Assembly: GCF_030144855.1 (NCBI RefSeq)
Contig: NC_082731.1
Location: 28,024,001 to 28,088,000 of the forward strand
Direction: 5' to 3'
Source of the DNA: Hypanus sabinus
Taxonomy: Eukaryota
DNA: 64,000 nucleotides
A program made the translations under genes and the position numbers. The notes beneath the pieces are model-generated. The model saw only the letters and a list, made by a program, of their open reading frames with translations, was not told where the DNA came from and searched no databases. Shown piece by piece: positions 61,988 through 64,000 of the stretch; positions within the stretch are counted from its first letter, which is position 1, and each line of letters opens with the position of its first letter.

Positions 61988-63640
61988 CACCCAACCCTCG
62001 TTATATGCGGCTTCAGACTATGCAGATTCACAGTTATGCGAGGAACCTATTTCTACCAACTTATTATATGTATACAAAACTCAGTTATGTGAGGACCACT
62101 GCTTTCCCGCCAATACAAGTCAGGTGCGCGTGCCTCACAGTCTCACTCCCGCTGGTCTCGCATTGGTTTTGGCAAGGTGTGGATGTGCGATGTTGTGCTC
62201 TTAAACTTTTGTTAGTTTTACCTATGATGCAGTGATTTTGTACTTGAAATAGACAATAGACAATAGGTGCAGAGGTAGACCATTCGGCCCCTCGAGTCTG
62301 CACCGCCATTCTGAGATCATGGCTGATCATTCACTATCAATACCCAGTCCCTGCCTTGTCCCCATATCCCTTGATTCCTCTATCCATCAGATATCTATCT
62401 AGCTCCTTCTTGAAAGCATCCAGAGAATTGGCCTCCACCATCTTCCGAGGCAGTGCATTCCACACCTCCACAACTCTGGGAGAAGAAGTTCTTCCTCAAC
62501 TCTGTTTTAAATAACTGACCTCTTATTCTCAATCCATGCCCTCTGGTACTGGACTCTCCCAACATCTGGAACATATTTCCTGCCTCAATCCTATCAAATC
62601 CTTTAATTATCTTAAACGTTTCAATCAGATCCCCTCTCAATCTCCTCAATTCCAGTGTGTACAAGCCCAATCTCTCCAATCTCTCTGCGTAAGACAGCCC
62701 TGCCATCCCAGGAATCAACCTAGTGAATCTACGCTGCACTTCCTCAATTGCCAGAATGTCCTTCCTTAAACCTGGAGACCAAAACTGTACACAATATTCC
62801 AGGTGTGGTCTCACCAGGGCCCTGTACAAATGCAAAAGGACATCCTTGCTCTTGTATAGATTTATTATATATTATATATTTATATCTTTTGTATAAATAT
62901 TTAACAATGCCTCCTAAGCGTCTGATGTCATATCCTGGGCCATCAGCCAAGTGGCAGAGAACGCTTTAACACTTGGAAAAAAAGTTGGAAATTATGAACA
63001 GCGGCATCAGGTGAAAGTAACACAGGTCTGTGACGCTACTGCCAGGAACAGAAACTTGCCTTTAAATTCTTTTGTTGCTTGACAATGCGCCAGCCCATCC
63101 TAAACATTTGGACAGCATTCCTTCTAACGTATCAGTGCGTTTCTTGCCGACTAACACAACATCGCTGATTCAGCCACTCGACCAAGATGTGATCCACATT
63201 CAAGGCGTATTTTTTTTTACGATGATCTATCTCTCAGATACTGCAAGCAACAGACGATTTTGAAAATCCCGGGAGTTTACCAATGGTGAGGGAATGGTGG
63301 AAGTCGGAACACTTGGCACAAATGGCGATGGACATGGACCCAAGTTTAGAACAGAGTCAGCATTTCCGTCATTCCCTGCCATCGACCCTTCTTCCCTACA
63401 AGCAATTTTAAGCTGAAATACAAAATGCTGCCAAGCAAACAACCTTCACCACTTTATTCAAACCAGTGTCATCTCCTGCTGCCGGGAATTCTAAGAGTTC
63501 TGTGTGTCTTCCTTCACCCCTTGCTGTGCTTGATATGATTCTGACACCAAAACACAAAAACTGTTGCTACCCTTCTTCACTCACTACAATACCATCCATT
63601 TTAGTGTCACCTGTCATCTAATACTCGGGAATATGGGATT
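61988..63640 (+). mobile_element. Tigger/pogo DNA transposon remnant
   Basis: Left end ta-cacccaaccctcgttatatgcgg (Tigger-like TIR); MPPKR... N-terminus near 62906; LLDNAPAHP...FLPTNTTSLIQPLDQDVI (pogo DDE motif). Right TIR not recognised. Confidence 0.75.
62250..62856 (-). mobile_element. 5'-truncated young CR1 copy inside the Tigger remnant
   Basis: Nearly identical to 47540-48140, with about a dozen differences by eye. ATAGA occurs at both junctions. Confidence 0.93.
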
Positions 63641-64000
63641 GATTCCCATCGATGAGAGGACTCCTTCATCCAGGTATCAGCAGTCATTTGGATAAAGCCT
63701 CAGGATAAGATTCAAAGGAACAATTCTCAGTCCGTCTTTGTGGGAATACTGCTAAATTCTGTGTTGTGTGAAAATATAATTGGATCAGGTTTTGGAGACT
63801 TGCACATTCACATACTGAAGGAGATTTCTCGTGCCAAAACACAGGTTGCAGAGCAGGAAGTGAAGATCTTTGCCTGGATTTAGACATTTGTCCATTAGCC
63901 TGGCCTTAGAAATGGCAGAGACTCCTTCCTTTCCTCTTCTCTCCCTCTTATTCTGTGATCTCTCCCTCCTTGCCCTTCCTTGGTTCTCTCTCTCTCTACC

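Noticed and set aside
61988-63640. Domesticated Tigger gene (TIGD-like)
   Set aside because: Fragmented, internally deleted and interrupted by a CR1 copy; no continuous ORF.

Overview
Eukaryotic DNA from a cartilaginous fish, probably a ray (inferred from the repeat families and the immunoglobulin sequence). Most of the window is transposable elements: RTE, CR1, L1, Rex1/Babar, Nimb/I, HERO, Penelope-like, Gypsy LTR and Tigger. No intact host protein-coding gene is supported. The non-TE content is: (i) a decayed IgW/IgNAR-type heavy-chain constant region on the minus strand (two recognisable C-domain exons at about 5.8-7.3 kb, with stops and frameshifts) and no V, D, J or RSS seen upstream; (ii) a CpG-rich promoter-like island at 11.75-12.46 kb with CCAAT boxes, an E-box and a perfect 3x32-bp array carrying B-box-like motifs; (iii) an old local segmental duplication (about 11.1-18.0 kb vs 20.3-36.4 kb, plus an inverted partial copy at 2.3-3.7 kb) containing five copies of an unclassified exon-like repeat. 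Structural highlights are a full-length L1 with a target-site duplication, a four-level nest of non-LTR elements (Nimb > Rex1 > HERO > CR1) whose reading frames can be rejoined across most junctions, and a minimal hammerhead ribozyme motif in a Penelope-like element. All family assignments come from motif recognition by eye, not database searches, and TE boundaries are approximate unless a junction is quoted. I found no convincing wholly new biological system.
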